From positions 30,182,388 to 30,246,387 of the forward strand of contig NC_092670.1 of the NCBI RefSeq assembly GCF_964355755.1: DNA of 64,000 bases, given 5' to 3'. The notes beneath the pieces are model-generated. The model saw only the letters and a list, made by a program, of their open reading frames with translations, had not been told where the DNA came from and made no database searches. The position numbers and the translations under genes are program-made. This DNA is from Antedon mediterranea. Its lineage: Eukaryota; Animalia; Echinodermata. Shown piece after piece: positions 63,322 to 64,000 of this stretch. Every line of letters begins with the position of its first letter. Position 1 is the first letter of the stretch.

Positions 63322-63839
63322 CTGTAGTTAAAATAATATGAACATTATTGATTATTATATTTGATTAGAAGGTATATCTTACAAGTTATAACTTGTCTAG
63401 TTAGTTACTCTAGGGTTTTGGGTTCAAATCCTCCGATATACAAGCACAATGGATATGGGGACCAAATGTAAAAAAAAAAAAAGGGGGTGGGGGGGGGGGG
63501 AGGGGGGGTTGTTGACTGCTGCTGAAGTAAAAAGATTACTTTATAGGCTTTGATTTACCTGCTATCTGACATCATTCGTCCATTTTGATCCAGTATAGCG
63601 GCCAAAATTATGTGTAAATTCTCTATTTTTCCCAACAGTTTTTTTTTATGTTTGTTCATGCTGGGGTTGGGTCTTCAAAGTAGGCAGAATTGCACTGGGT
63701 ATAAACTTGCACTCACGCACTCTAAAAACTTGTAAGTTTGCATATCATACTTTTGTTTGCACACTTTTAGAGTTTTTATTATGAGTATATGTGTACCTAT
63801 GTACATATAATTCCTTGGTCAAATCACTGTTGCTTATAA

Positions 63840-63956
63840 ACTTACGGCCATACTGCGTTGAAACACCGGTTCTCGTCAGATCACCGAAGTTAAGCAACGT
63901 TGGGCCCGGTTGCGTTCTGGATGGGAGACCGTCTAGAAATCGTGGCGGGTGCTGTA
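63840..63956 (+). pseudogene. Degenerate 5S rRNA copy (pseudogene or 5S-derived SINE head)
   Basis: TACGGCCATAC...ACCGGTTCTCGTC.GATCACCGAAGTTAAGCAACGT.GGGCCCGGTT...TGGATGGGAGACCG...GGGTGCTGTA is collinear with metazoan 5S. It carries substitutions/indels and lacks the terminal oligo-T. Confidence 0.85.
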
Positions 63957-64000
63957 TATACTGGAGAGTGATCGTGTAATGGTAATATCGGACTAGCATG

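Noticed and set aside
63840-63956. Functional 5S rRNA gene
   Set aside because: It has multiple substitutions/indels around the internal control region and terminal stem, no oligo-T terminator, and is not in an array.

Overview
This is AT-rich eukaryotic (invertebrate animal) genomic DNA; a deuterostome such as an echinoderm is an inference from the repeat and integrin types. Two intron-rich genes lie head-to-tail on the minus strand. The first is the 3' part of an integrin beta subunit (11 exons, 63321->49275, about 452 aa from the end of the betaI domain to the NPxY tail). About 7 kb downstream lies an integrin alpha subunit with alpha4/alpha9-like features and no I domain (23 coding exons, 42217->1019, about 998 aa; the TM/tail exons fall outside the window). 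I reconstructed all exons by hand with GT-AG boundaries and consistent phases. The introns hold many mobile elements: a deleted DIRS1-type retrotransposon, two CMC/EnSpm-type elements (one carrying 35/71-bp and 164-bp satellite arrays), several Helentron-associated (HINE/DINE-like) elements, LINE 3' fragments, a Deu/Nin-domain-like tRNA SINE, a degenerate 5S rRNA copy, a minimal Penelope-type hammerhead motif and many MITEs. The most novel-looking signal is a pattern of short insertions at TA sites (CAGTA and GGCCTA/GGCTA), seen directly by comparing paralogous repeat copies, which look like accumulated transposon excision footprints. No prokaryotic systems or CRISPR arrays are present.
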